Source of the DNA: Oikopleura dioica
Taxonomy: Eukaryota; Animalia; Chordata
NCBI GenBank assembly: GCA_907165135.1
Contig: OU015570.1
Span: 1,695,929-1,759,928 of the forward strand
DNA: 64,000 bases
Direction of reading: 5' to 3'
The notes under the pieces are model-generated. The model was not told the origin of the DNA, ran no database searches, and worked only from the letters and a program-made list of their open reading frames with translations. This document shows positions 24,803-36,042 of this stretch, piece by piece (positions within the stretch are counted from its first letter, which is position 1; the number at the start of each line of letters is the position of its first letter). The translations under genes and the position numbers were made by a program.

Positions 24803-27715
24803 AAAGGCCGGGATAAGAATACAGGACTAAGGTGATCAGTCTCAGTTCTGTCCCCAACCCCGCCCTCACCCGTAGATTATTTTTTCCATATTTCCCCTTC
24901 TGGTATTGCTCTTATGGTTTCTTTTCTTTGGAATTTTTTTGGAAGTTTTTATTTATAGAAAGCGGTTTTTATGAAGTTCATGATATTCTTTATATATTCC
25001 TGACTTTCACTTATATTGAATTCTTAATTTTTAATCAAAAATATTAAAAAATTTTTATTAAAAATTTTTTCTTTCAGCAATGGTTTGTTTTCCTTCGAAA
25101 AGTCCTCCGTTAGGTCCTCCGAAAAAAAGGGACGAAAAATTATCATTATTTTAGGGGTTGAAAAGGAGTAAGATGTATTTCTTTTGTCCTACAACAATTA
25201 TTAGTCTCAATTAGTGTTACATAACAAGGTTACGTAACACTCTTCGGCAATTTCTGAGTCATCGGAGATATGGTCACTAAATTTTTTTTTATGAAAATGA
25301 TCAGGAGCTTATTCTGCGTCGATCTAGCTATTCTAGAGTCTTCTCACATGATCCACTCAAAAGTTAGCCTTTTGCCTGGCTTAAAAAGGTTGAAAACCTT
25401 GAAAAATTTTGAAAAAAATTTGAAAAGTACTTTGGCATGATCTATCACCATGCCAAGTTTCAAGTCAATACTCTTTCGAGGGAAAAAGTTGATTTTTTTG
25501 TGCGTTTACCCTAGATATTGGCCCTGAGGAGATTCAATAGATCAAAGATTTTGAAGATTAGTTTTTTACTGTAAGATTTGACTGAAAAATTACAATGATA
25601 AAATAAAATTTTAATTAAAATAAAAGCTTTCTTAATAAAAAAAACGATTAGAAGTAAAATAAATCTTGTTTTATAATCATGCAGAATTTCTCTCCGTTAG
25701 AAATTTCGTCGAGTTCACTTCTGGGAGAATCAATTTTAGAAAAGGGGCGCATCGACTTTCAGCGATTCAGAGCGCGGATTCTTGGTGACTCTCTCTCGGA
25801 TGGATTTTTACGAACTCAAACACCTAGTCAGTAGAAATTCTTACCAAAAAGCGATATTTGGTAGCATCATAACATACGATATGCGAATATTTCTAAGAGA
25901 GTAAAAAGGTAAAAAATGCACAGAAGTATTGAAAAAAGTTAAATTTCTGATTGAGAAAACTCGAGGGGGTGCGACAAGAAAAAACAAAAATCTCAAGAAT
26001 TTTACTGAAAAAATAACGAGAAAAGACATGTTTTTGTTGTACGTTTCATTCGATAGATTCGATAAATTTTCAGCTCCGTCGGATATCGGCGATTTTTTTA
26101 TCAAAGAAAACGAGCAAGATCACAAAGTTATCATCAATAATGTTTTCCAAATTAAGCACTTTTCTTCTACGTCTTTCACTCAATAAGATTCATTTATTTA
26201 GTCAAAATCGACGCCCGCTCAGCGGCTTAAGTGGTACGACGCTCTGACAAATTAAGTCGGTTTTTTAAATTAATCGATTATAGTTATATAACAATGCTTT
26301 TGGCAAATTTAAAAATGAACTTTTAAGATCTCATCAAATCAACAAAATATAACCTGTCTTGTAAATCTTATTAAAATAACAAAGAAGATAATCGAAGGCT
26401 TTGATATTCAGATATAATAGATTAAACTCATTCGCAAAACGCCATAGTTGAATAACATTTACAGAAGTTATTTTTTTCTCTATAAACTTATAACACTCAG
26501 CAAGTGGTGCTAAAAAACCAAAAAAATCGGCTTTTTAGACATTTAAAATGATAGCCTTAATTTTTATACGATTTTTTTCGTAGCGAGTTAATATGTCTTG
26601 TTTACCCTTAATAATTTAATCTCTCCCTTTTTTGGGCTAGCAAGTTAATTAGTCTCGAGAGATAGCGTTAATTTTTATCGAAATTTTTATGTGGCAAGTT
26701 CATATGTCTCGAAAAGCCTTAATTTATTTAATCTCTCCCTTTTTTTGGGCTAGCGAGTTACTTGAACGGCGTAACTTTATTTTTGCTTTTAACGAATTTT
26801 AATCCTCACAGCTGCATTAACCAGGTGCAGTGGGGAAGGGATAATATAAAGTTATTTTTCAGAAAAGCAAGCGAAAGTATGGCTAATCACCTGTGTAAAC
26901 AATCACGGCGCGTGAACCTTAAAGCGCGCACAGGTGTGGCCTGAGGCGCATGAAGCAAAAAGTAAAGCGCTGTTTAAACTAAAAATCTCCGGATATCCCA
27001 GGTGCACGTCCAGGTGCAGTGAAAACAAATTTGCAATAATTAAAAAATTGCGATCAGCACCTAGTTGCTGCGACACCTGTTGGCGCTAAACCCTTCGAGC
27101 ACGAAAAATCATTTTTACGATAATTCGTTAATTTGCAAAAATGCATAAGGTCTCCATGAGCAAGAGAATCAGCGCCGCCCAACAAAAGCTTAATAACATA
27201 CTCCGAAAAGAAGCGATTCCAGGAATGCCTAGCGCGACGCTCTTTACAGTCGCACAAAGTGCCATCGTATTCTCGCCAGCTGAAATAAACGTAGGACCTA
27301 CAACGGGGAGTAGAAATGTAGGCTAGGATTGGGGTATGGAAATTTACAAGTAAAGCGTTCAACGAGGACTTAAGTACAGTAAGGGTAAGCGTAAGAGGTT
27401 AAGTGGAGCTATCGAAACAAGAGCCCGCAACTCATTACAGTAAGAAGCCGATAAAGAATAATGGTAATTTAGAACCAGTTATGGCGAGAAGTCAAGTAGA
27501 TGTACGAGTCAGCGATCAGGCACTACGTCGTTAGAGGCAAATTTCAAAGGAACTTCAACACCAAGGCGACTTCCTTACCCCTCCTCACCCACATGTTCAA
27601 GAAAGAGGGATGCGACAGAGTGAATTTGCTTGACGGCGACAGAACGCTACTTGCTTTGTCCAGTGCTTGAGAGGAGCCGATTGACGCAACCGGCGCGACT
27701 CTTCTTGAAACATGC

Positions 27716-27738
27716 TTAGGGTTAGGGTTAGGGTTAGG
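27716..27738 (+). repeat. Interstitial telomere-type repeat (TTAGGG)3 TTAGG
   Basis: Read directly from the sequence. Confidence 0.9.
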
Positions 27739-28007
27739 CGGAATGACGTCCAATGCCAAACCATCCATCGAGTGAAAATTCACAGCGAGCATCGATGTTA
27801 TTTGCTTGGAACAAGGCGACAAAGAGACCCACCTGGAGTTGGTCTCGCTGGAGGAAGGGCCCAGGCGCCTACAACAGGCACGAAGAGACTTGAGGGAGGC
27901 GATGCAAGCTGAAGATGATCGGATCTGGGGACAGAAGAATGACGCAAGCTACAAAGTTCGCTCTTGCGGTCTTTCTCGGTGCCGTCAGAAGTATCAGGGA
28001 TCATAAA

Positions 28008-28378
28008 CAGTAAAAACCCAAAAATTGCCCACCTGAAATTTGGCCGCTTTTTGTCTAAATCCGCCTTTTTTGGAACGAAATCAACCCGAAATTTGGCCGC
28101 TTTTTCAAAAATAAAAAATCTTCTATCAGAATTGGCCCAAAATGATGCTATTTCTGATCATCTTTAGCTTTTTAAAGTGTTTTAATCATTAAAAATGACT
28201 AAATTTTAATAAAAATGTCTTCAGACAAACAAAAATTTGAAAATCATGCCGATTTTCGAAAATTTCGAAACTTCGCTTTTTGAAGAAGGGACTTGGCTAA
28301 CCGGCAAAAAACCCAAAATTCTGCCGCTTTTTTCGGGAATTTGTATCTAAAAACCGGCCAATTTTCGGGTTTTCACTG
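28008..28378. mobile_element. Tc1/mariner-type MITE
   Basis: TIR CAGT(A/G)AAAACCC(A/G)AAAATTG at both ends; TA present on the right side only. Confidence 0.65.
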
Positions 28379-29826
28379 TAAAGAAGCTCGCTCTTGTTAA
28401 ACACACTTTTCATGCTTTACTTATGTTGTCTGCACCGAAAAAAGAAAATCTTTTGCCAGACCACAGCGAATCGTAGTCCTTATCTTAGAAAACAAAAGGA
28501 GCTCGACGAACTAAGAATAAGAACCAGGCCAGAGAGACCGAAACAAAGGTATGACGACTTCAGATAAGGGAAGCCAGCGAAGGGAGACGAGTCAGAGACT
28601 CAGAAACCTTATGAATAAGGTCAGTAAGATACAGTATGGGAAAACGGAATTCCTAGAGCAAGACAAAATTGGGCCCTTAATCATAATTTTTATCGAAATG
28701 ACGTGCGAAAACCCGAGTTTAGACTAGGGTCGGACACAAAAAAAAGTTCTCAAATCCGTCTCTTCTCATCAGTACCGAATTCAGCATGGTCAAAAACCCC
28801 CGCCCACAAAAATTTAGCACCATTGGTGGTGAACGTTAGATAAGAGAGGCTAAAAACCCTTAAAAATGCCTATTTAAAAAATATAGGTAAAAAATCTTTA
28901 GAAAATCGAATTCAATATAAAAATAATGCGGATAAATTATTTTATTTTATTGATAGGCAGGAAAGAGTTGAAACTATATGTGAGAAAAGATTCAGAGGCA
29001 GAAATGAAATATAAGGACATTTGAGGTGCCTTTTACATTGCAAATAACACATTTTTTCTTTAAATAGCTATATAAAAACGGCCTCATCTCAATAAATCTA
29101 AGATGTGCAATCTTAATAATTGTGGTCCATATAAAACAGACACTTGGCTCTCATCTTCAATAAAAATTTTGTGCATAGCTATTTGGAATATTTTATAAAA
29201 TCTTTTTTTCTAATGTCCGAATAGGGATAATTTGGAAAAATTCAACTTTTTGAATACAATCTCCAAGCATTTTTTCTGGCTTATAGGTGGAAGAAACATG
29301 GTTAATGGCTTAAATTGAAGCTTGCTAAATTCTTTATAATATGCTTTATATTTGGACCAACCAGCCGGTAATTCTAGACCTACCAGCTGGTAAAATGATT
29401 GAAACCTTTTCCAATTTTCCAAAATTTTTATTGAAATGTCTTATACATATATATAAAAATAATTTGAAAAAGTACTCATCACATGACTTGAGAAGGACCC
29501 ATGGAGGTCCCCTACTGCTGAAAGACCCATATTCCTGGAAGAATATTGAAAAAAAAGAAAAAGTGCAGTTAAAAAATAAATTAATATATGTCGCGTAACG
29601 CGATCAATAATTCATAAAAAATGAAAAAAGTAACGCACCTTAAGCACATTAAGGGAGACCACAACATTATTCGATAATAGATTCTTCTACCTCTCTGTTT
29701 TTCGGAGAGCAGTTTTGAATACATGAGGTAGAAAAATCTATTAGATTCGACGGAGATGGCTCCCCGCGCTTCGACAACGTTTTCCGACCATTTCATCCGA
29801 GTTCTGTCGAGATGATTTCTAATTAA

Positions 29827-32552
29827 CCCTTTTCTGACGGGGCGGTAACTGACCTTGACGGAGTTTTACGCCAGAAAGCAGGTTAAGGAGAATGGAGAGA
29901 AAACACTGTCGCGAAGAGTAACCTTCTTACTAAATCCTAACTTTGGAGATTCTCCGCCTACGAAATATCGATAATCGGCATCATCGATGAGCGTGTTTTG
30001 TGCATTAAAAGCACGCTCCATAGTCGTGGCTATGCTCCGCAGACCAACTACTTCACAAGCCGTGCAGGAGCAGTCAAAACCACAACTGGTCCCTCGGTTA
30101 ACCAGATATGGAGCTGCTGCCACTTGACAAAAAAGTCTTGCACTGGCCCAATTTCGTCCAAAACACTTCTCCTAGAAAAAAAATAAATCAAATGCACTCA
30201 TTTATACCTATTTATTTATTCTAAAGCTAACTAGACTTAATCACAACAACTTGTTCAACAACGTAATTTTTTCTTGTTGAGCAAGTTTTCATGACTGCTA
30301 AGAAGTATTTGAAACAAAAAATGGGACCTGGACTTTGGTCTCTTCGATAGGACCGCCGTTCCCGCGGCCCTATAACCGATGTTGTTGGTGATTTTCTTCT
30401 TTTTAATATCGATATTTGGCTACAGCAATCTGAGAAAATTTTTGGCGTAAGTTGTTGAAAAAACAGAGATCGAATATTGGTATCAGTAAAATATTTTATT
30501 TTTGCAGCAAAAAATAGAAGCTGAAGCGAATGTGAGAATTAAAGCAGTAAGCAGTTTGAAAAGGGAATGTGATTTTATAAGTGTTGATTGATGATCCGCT
30601 CGAAGACAGCTCTCCAGTAATCGATGCAAGAATTTCTACTAAGATGAACATCATCGTCAAAATCGAATTTTTTGATGAGGATGAATTCGCCCATCTTCTT
30701 TGTCCTCAGAAATTTTAATAAAGCATGTTAATTGATCCAATTTCTTTTAATGTGTACCTCTTCCAGCAGATAATTATACCGATCAAGAAACCAGACAGAT
30801 TTTTTTTTAATTAGCGGGCATGGCGGCAGAATAAAGCAATACGATTTCGCACGAGGAAAACAACCTCGAATAGCTTTTTCGAGTATTGCTACAGATTCAG
30901 AAATTTTCTCCTAAATTCGATTTGAAATTTCTTATATTCTTTGTGAATTACGCATGTGCGTTGTATATCATTTATTCCGATGAATAAGAAGAGTGTTTCT
31001 TTGAAATCAAAAGGGCAGTTTTGACGGCAAATATCACACTTGTTTATTGTGTGACCTTTTCTTGGAACTCGTTCGCTGCTCTCATATTTTGGAACAGCCC
31101 TTGGCTTGGAAAATCTATACTTTTTGCACTCGGGGGGCAATATTCGTCTGACTTCTTACGAAATAAATTTGCCAATCTGGCATAATTCTAACTTGCCATT
31201 TTTGAATTATCTTTCGGCGGTGTTTTCTGCTTGAGTAAGTCGAGAGCCCCACTATATATAAAAGAAAATTTCCTTAACCCCACGAGTCAAATTGAAGGGC
31301 GTAACCCCATGAGTCTAAGTCGACATTTTTTGTCGAAATGGCCTTCCCGGTGCGATAACCTATTGAAAATTAGTACTTATACTAATTGAAACGTGCTCAT
31401 TCTCATGAAGCATTTTGTTTTTCTCTAGCATGAGTAGAACATGATATATTTGGTCTGACCCAATTTTACAAGCACCGTTCCATCTTTTTTTAGCGGCGCG
31501 CAAATTTTCAAATCTTCATGACAATATTTGAATGGAAACAGACTGAATCAATGAATAAGGCCAAGGTTTTAGCAGGATTACTGCATGATGTAGAAATGCT
31601 TCCGTTTTTGCTGCCTGTATTACCATTCTTTACGCGCTTGTTTTTCAAAAATGTCTGACTCCGAAAATGAAAATATAGCTGAGAGAATTCTTTCCGATGA
31701 AGAGATCACAGAGTTTCTTGAAAAAATTGAAGAAGAATTGTTCTGTCCGCCTTCTTACAGATTTCACCACTTGAAGTCATCACTTCTGTTCCTAGCTCAG
31801 ACTATCTTCATTTTATCTAATTGTAAATGTCTTATTTGAATTCTACGCATTTGAAAACCTACATCATGTACATTTTTGAACGAAATAAATCCGATTCTTT
31901 GATCCGAAATAATTGTCGGAAGGTTATCGCAAGTACTTTCACGTTGGTGCAGTAAGTGATTAATCCGGTACCAAGCGCCACCAAAAGGGATAAGCGCGCT
32001 CTTTTTTTGGTCAGAGGTGCTTAATACCAGTTTGAATATCCGTTACATTTTTCAGCTCGATCCGGATCACAGATAGATCAGTACAGCTGATTTAAACCGG
32101 ATTTCGACAAAAAATGTCGACTAAGACTCGTGGGATTAAACCTACATCGCAACTTAGTCTTATTGCATAGGTTTTCCCCTCGGGGCGTTTTTTTGACTAC
32201 TTCTTCGTCATCAGTATTAATATGAGCATTCAAACGTCCTCTTTGAAATTAACGATCGCTTTTTTTGAGGATTCGTAGCTCATTGAGGGTGCCAAAATGC
32301 AATTTTTTGTTGTTCCATTTTCCTTTTTAGGCCATGATCGCTTTTTGATGAGCTGCATCTTGTTTTTTTCGAAAGCGCTCCTCTTTCTCCTCAGCCTCTG
32401 CCATGCTGACTTTGTTTTGTCGGAAAAATGAAGCCAAGTCCCGCACAAAATATTTTATCACAAAATGCACATTTGGCCTTGTTTTGCAACGATTTCCTCA
32501 TAATTCTGTAGCAACCATCGCGCCCGGAGCACACATGTTCTTTGCAGCATAA
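29827..32552. mobile_element. Block starting with a piggyBac-like terminus and holding decayed minus-strand cargo ORFs; truncated by the palindrome arm
   Basis: TTAA(29823-29826)-CCCTTTTCTGACGGGGCGG; Cys-rich fragments at 30889-31140 and ~32390-32552; no matching right end seen. Confidence 0.4.
31278..32135 (+). mobile_element. Internally deleted piggyBac-like element
   Basis: TIR CCCA(C/T)GAGTC..AGTCGACATTTTTTGTCGAAAT; TTAA at 31274 and 32136; acidic ORF start MSDSENENIAERILSDEEITEFL at 31651. Confidence 0.65.
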
Positions 32553-35500
32553 GAGTTTTCAGAGTTGAAGTGGTAGTTGCCGATCATAATTATGACATTG
32601 TTCTTCCGGCGACTGCTTTCGGTCATTTTGAAATTGATAACGAGAGAAAAGTTGCTATTTTGGACGGTGAGGTAGTTCCGCTAGTACAGAAAGGTGGTCA
32701 CGTTGAGGTCAATCTTATTGAGTGAGTGGTTCTAGCGCCGTTTGAGTCTTTGGTCGTGGCTGGAAAGTGCTCACTTGATTCTAGAGCTCAAGGAATAGTA
32801 GCGGTAGAGCGGTCGTCTTCTGGATTTTTGCCCGAAAATGATATCGAGCTGGTCGAGAGCATCGTCGATGCTTCCAAGGAGGTCAACGTGATGCTTGTTA
32901 ACAATAATCCTTTCGAAGTCGAGGTTCCAGAGGCGGCAAAAATTGCTGACGGACACTAGCTTGAGCCTACTAAAAATGAATTTGAGTCTAATGAGCTTGT
33001 TGCTATCCAAGAGCACCCAGATCTAGAATTGGAAGCACGTGCGGCTGCCGAGCTTCGTAAAAAGCGGTTTAACCCATCAGCGTCTGAAGTCTATAATGAG
33101 GTCGAGATAGGGGCGTGGCTTGATAAGACGGAGTCTGAAGGATTTCGCGATCTTATGGGTGTCCATCGTGTTGTGTTCTCCACTTCTGATGAGGACATCG
33201 GCATTATCAACCAGTATGCTTATTCCATCCGATGGAAAGATGAGACGAAAGTTGTGTACTCTAAGCCCATCAAACCGAAATTCGCGTTGAGGGAGGAAGG
33301 GTCTCAGATGCTTCGGAAGTGGTGTCGAATGGATGTGATACAGAAAGGCGTGTCCCCAAATAATAGTCCACTTTTCTTTATAAGAAAAAAAGAATGGTCG
33401 CTGCCGCCCAATTCTGGACGCCCGTTTGACAAATAAGGAGACGCTTACAGAACGCTGGCCGTTACCTTCCATGGAAACCATGCTTAACCAAATCTCTGGT
33501 ATAATAAGCAAATCGGAAGGGAACATTTACATGTCTGTCACAGATATCAGTTCGGCTTATTCGCAGCTTCTTCTCACCAAGGATTCTAGGAAGAAAGTTG
33601 CTTTCTCTTTCGGCCCGGACCAATACACGGCAAAGAGGGTACTGTTCGGGCTCGCCAATGCACCTTCTTTGTTTTCGCTTCTGATGCGAAACGTGCTCAA
33701 TGGGATCGAGAACGTGTTTTGTCTAATTGACGACATCATTGTTCTTAGTCACAGCTACCAGGAGCACATGCACGCTCTGAAGGAGATTTTCACGCGGCTA
33801 ATCTCTGTGGGTATCACTCTGGCTCCCGCGAAAACGCGAATTTGCTGTACGAGGAATTCGAGTACCTCGGGTACGTGATTTCACGTAGGGGTTTGCGGCC
33901 AATAAAAAGCAAGCTTGACTCGATCATACAGTTTCCGGCACCGAAATCGCGACGAGAAGTTCGACGCTTTTGCGGCCTTTGCGTTTTTTACTCAAAGCAT
34001 TTGCCCAACATCATGATGACTCTTAATCCCTTGCATAAGATGTGCTCGAATACGGCGGAGAAATTTCAGTGGAGGGTTGTTCATCAGGAGGCGTTTGAGA
34101 AAGCAAAGGAGATACTCAAGAAAGCGGTAGAACTTGTCCATGTTGATGATTCACTTGATCTGGTCTTGATAACTGACGCTTCTGACCTGGGCATTGCCGG
34201 GGCTTTGCACCAAAGACAGAAAGATGGCATTCTTGTTCCATTAGGGTTTTACTCAAGGCGACTTGTACCGGGTGAGCAGAGGTTAAGCAGTAGATATAAG
34301 GAGTTTTTGGCTCTAGTGGCGTCACTAGAATTCTTCGAGAGCTACACTTTTGCGCGTATGGTGTACTGTATCACCAATCACGCCTCTCTCGTTGGTGTTT
34401 TAGAGCAGAAGCGGCTCAAGGAGAATCTACCCGTAAGGGTCCTGAATCTCTTTGCCAGGATCACTCGCTTTGACGTCCGCGCCATCAAACACGAGAGAAA
34501 TGATCACCCAGGGATAGTTGCAATTGATGCGCTCTCGCGTAGTTTCCCTGTAGCGACTTTCTCTGACTTTGATGAATCAGATGATCTCGCCGTCTGTCAC
34601 TCCCTCGAAGCCACACTCGGTCCACAAACGCAAGTCTGCTCTATTTTGCAGTGTAAAAGGTACAATTTGCGTTCAAATAAGGCCGTCGAGTCGGATGATA
34701 CAATGTTCATTGTCGATGGATTACCGTACTCGGTCGAGATGCTAAAGAAGGCGCAAGATAATGACGCGTTCGTCGCCAATGAGGTTGCCAGGAGAGCGGC
34801 TTTCAAGCACGAGAATGGACTGTTTTACAGCCAGGATTACGTCATTAAGCCATTATTACTTCTTCCTGAGGACATTGCCCATTCTGTTGCGTCTTTTCTC
34901 CATCAGAAAATGGAACATCCGGGGAGCAAGGCTCTTGCCTCGATGTTTTCGCGATATTTTCGAACGCGTAACATCACTAAAGTAGCGGTCGACATTTGCT
35001 CTAACTGCTCAGTTTGTATCCAGAGAAAGCCTAGACCACCCTTAAGACCATGTGATCGTCCAGCGCCAAATATCGGAGTTCTTCCTTGGCAATATGTCTA
35101 CCTAGATTTAGCAGATATGGGGAGCTGTGATTCAAATGGGAATCGCTACATTTGCGGGCTCTTTGACGGGCTCACCCATTTTCTAATCGCATGCCCTCTG
35201 AAATCGAAAAGCGCTAAGGACGTAGCACACGCGTTGAGCTCTCTTCTTCTGAGTCAGAACATTGTCAACACCAGGTTGATCACCGATTATGATCAGTCAT
35301 TTAAGGCTGTTGTTCCCCTTTTACAGAAGTTAAATATTTCTGTAGGTTTTATTTCACCAATGCACCCGCCAGGAAATCGTATTGAACGATGCTGGCGGTA
35401 TTTAAAGGTTAAGAGCCAAATTTTGTCGCTGTCACGTGAGAACTGGAGTTATGAGTTACAGTATCTACTGTTCCTTATTAATAACTCTCCAAGTTCTTCT

Positions 35501-35923
35501 CTAGATGGCCTTACCCCCTCTGAATGTCTCACGGGACGCCTACTTCCTCTGCCACTCTTCAAGGCCTCAGAGAATGAAGACATACAGGTGTATGATCCAC
35601 TCAGTTGGTATTCATATATCACTGGGTGGCTCTCTAATCTCGGTCAGGAGTTAAGTGCGCGCCAAATGGACAAGTTTATTCGAAGTGAGATCCCCTTACA
35701 TAAGGGTATCAAGCTCAAAGAAGGCCAGCACGTTTTCTATTGGAAACCGCAGCGTGAGGGTAATTCGAAGAAGTTATATGTCCATTGGGAAGGTCGCGGG
35801 AAAGTGACAGAAAGGTTACAAGCCGGAGCTTACAGGATCAAAACGAGTGAGGGGAAGACTTTAGTCAGAAATATACGGCACTTGCGCCCGTATAATCCAT
35901 CGTCAGAGCCCGCGCTAGAATAA
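32553..35923 (+). pseudogene. pol: Ty3/gypsy pol (RT, RNase H, integrase), 5'-truncated copy
   Basis: DISSAY, FGLANAP, LIDD, TDAS, H..HPG..CSNCSVC, D-D-E core and GPY/F-like tail; extra stop at ~32957, extra frameshift at ~33385 and shared frameshift at ~33850. Confidence 0.95.
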
Positions 35924-36042
35924 GGTTTCTTTTTTCTAGAATGGGTTAATTTTCTCCGTTCTTTTTGTAAATACAGTTAAATTCAAGATTTTAAATTTTC
36001 ACTACTGTAGCTCATTATTTACTTAAGGGGGTGACGCGCGAA

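Noticed and set aside
33077-34985. Short antisense or alternate-frame ORFs over pol, and similar ones over gag, env and the island genes
   Set aside because: They are shadow ORFs of recognisable coding frames with no motifs of their own.
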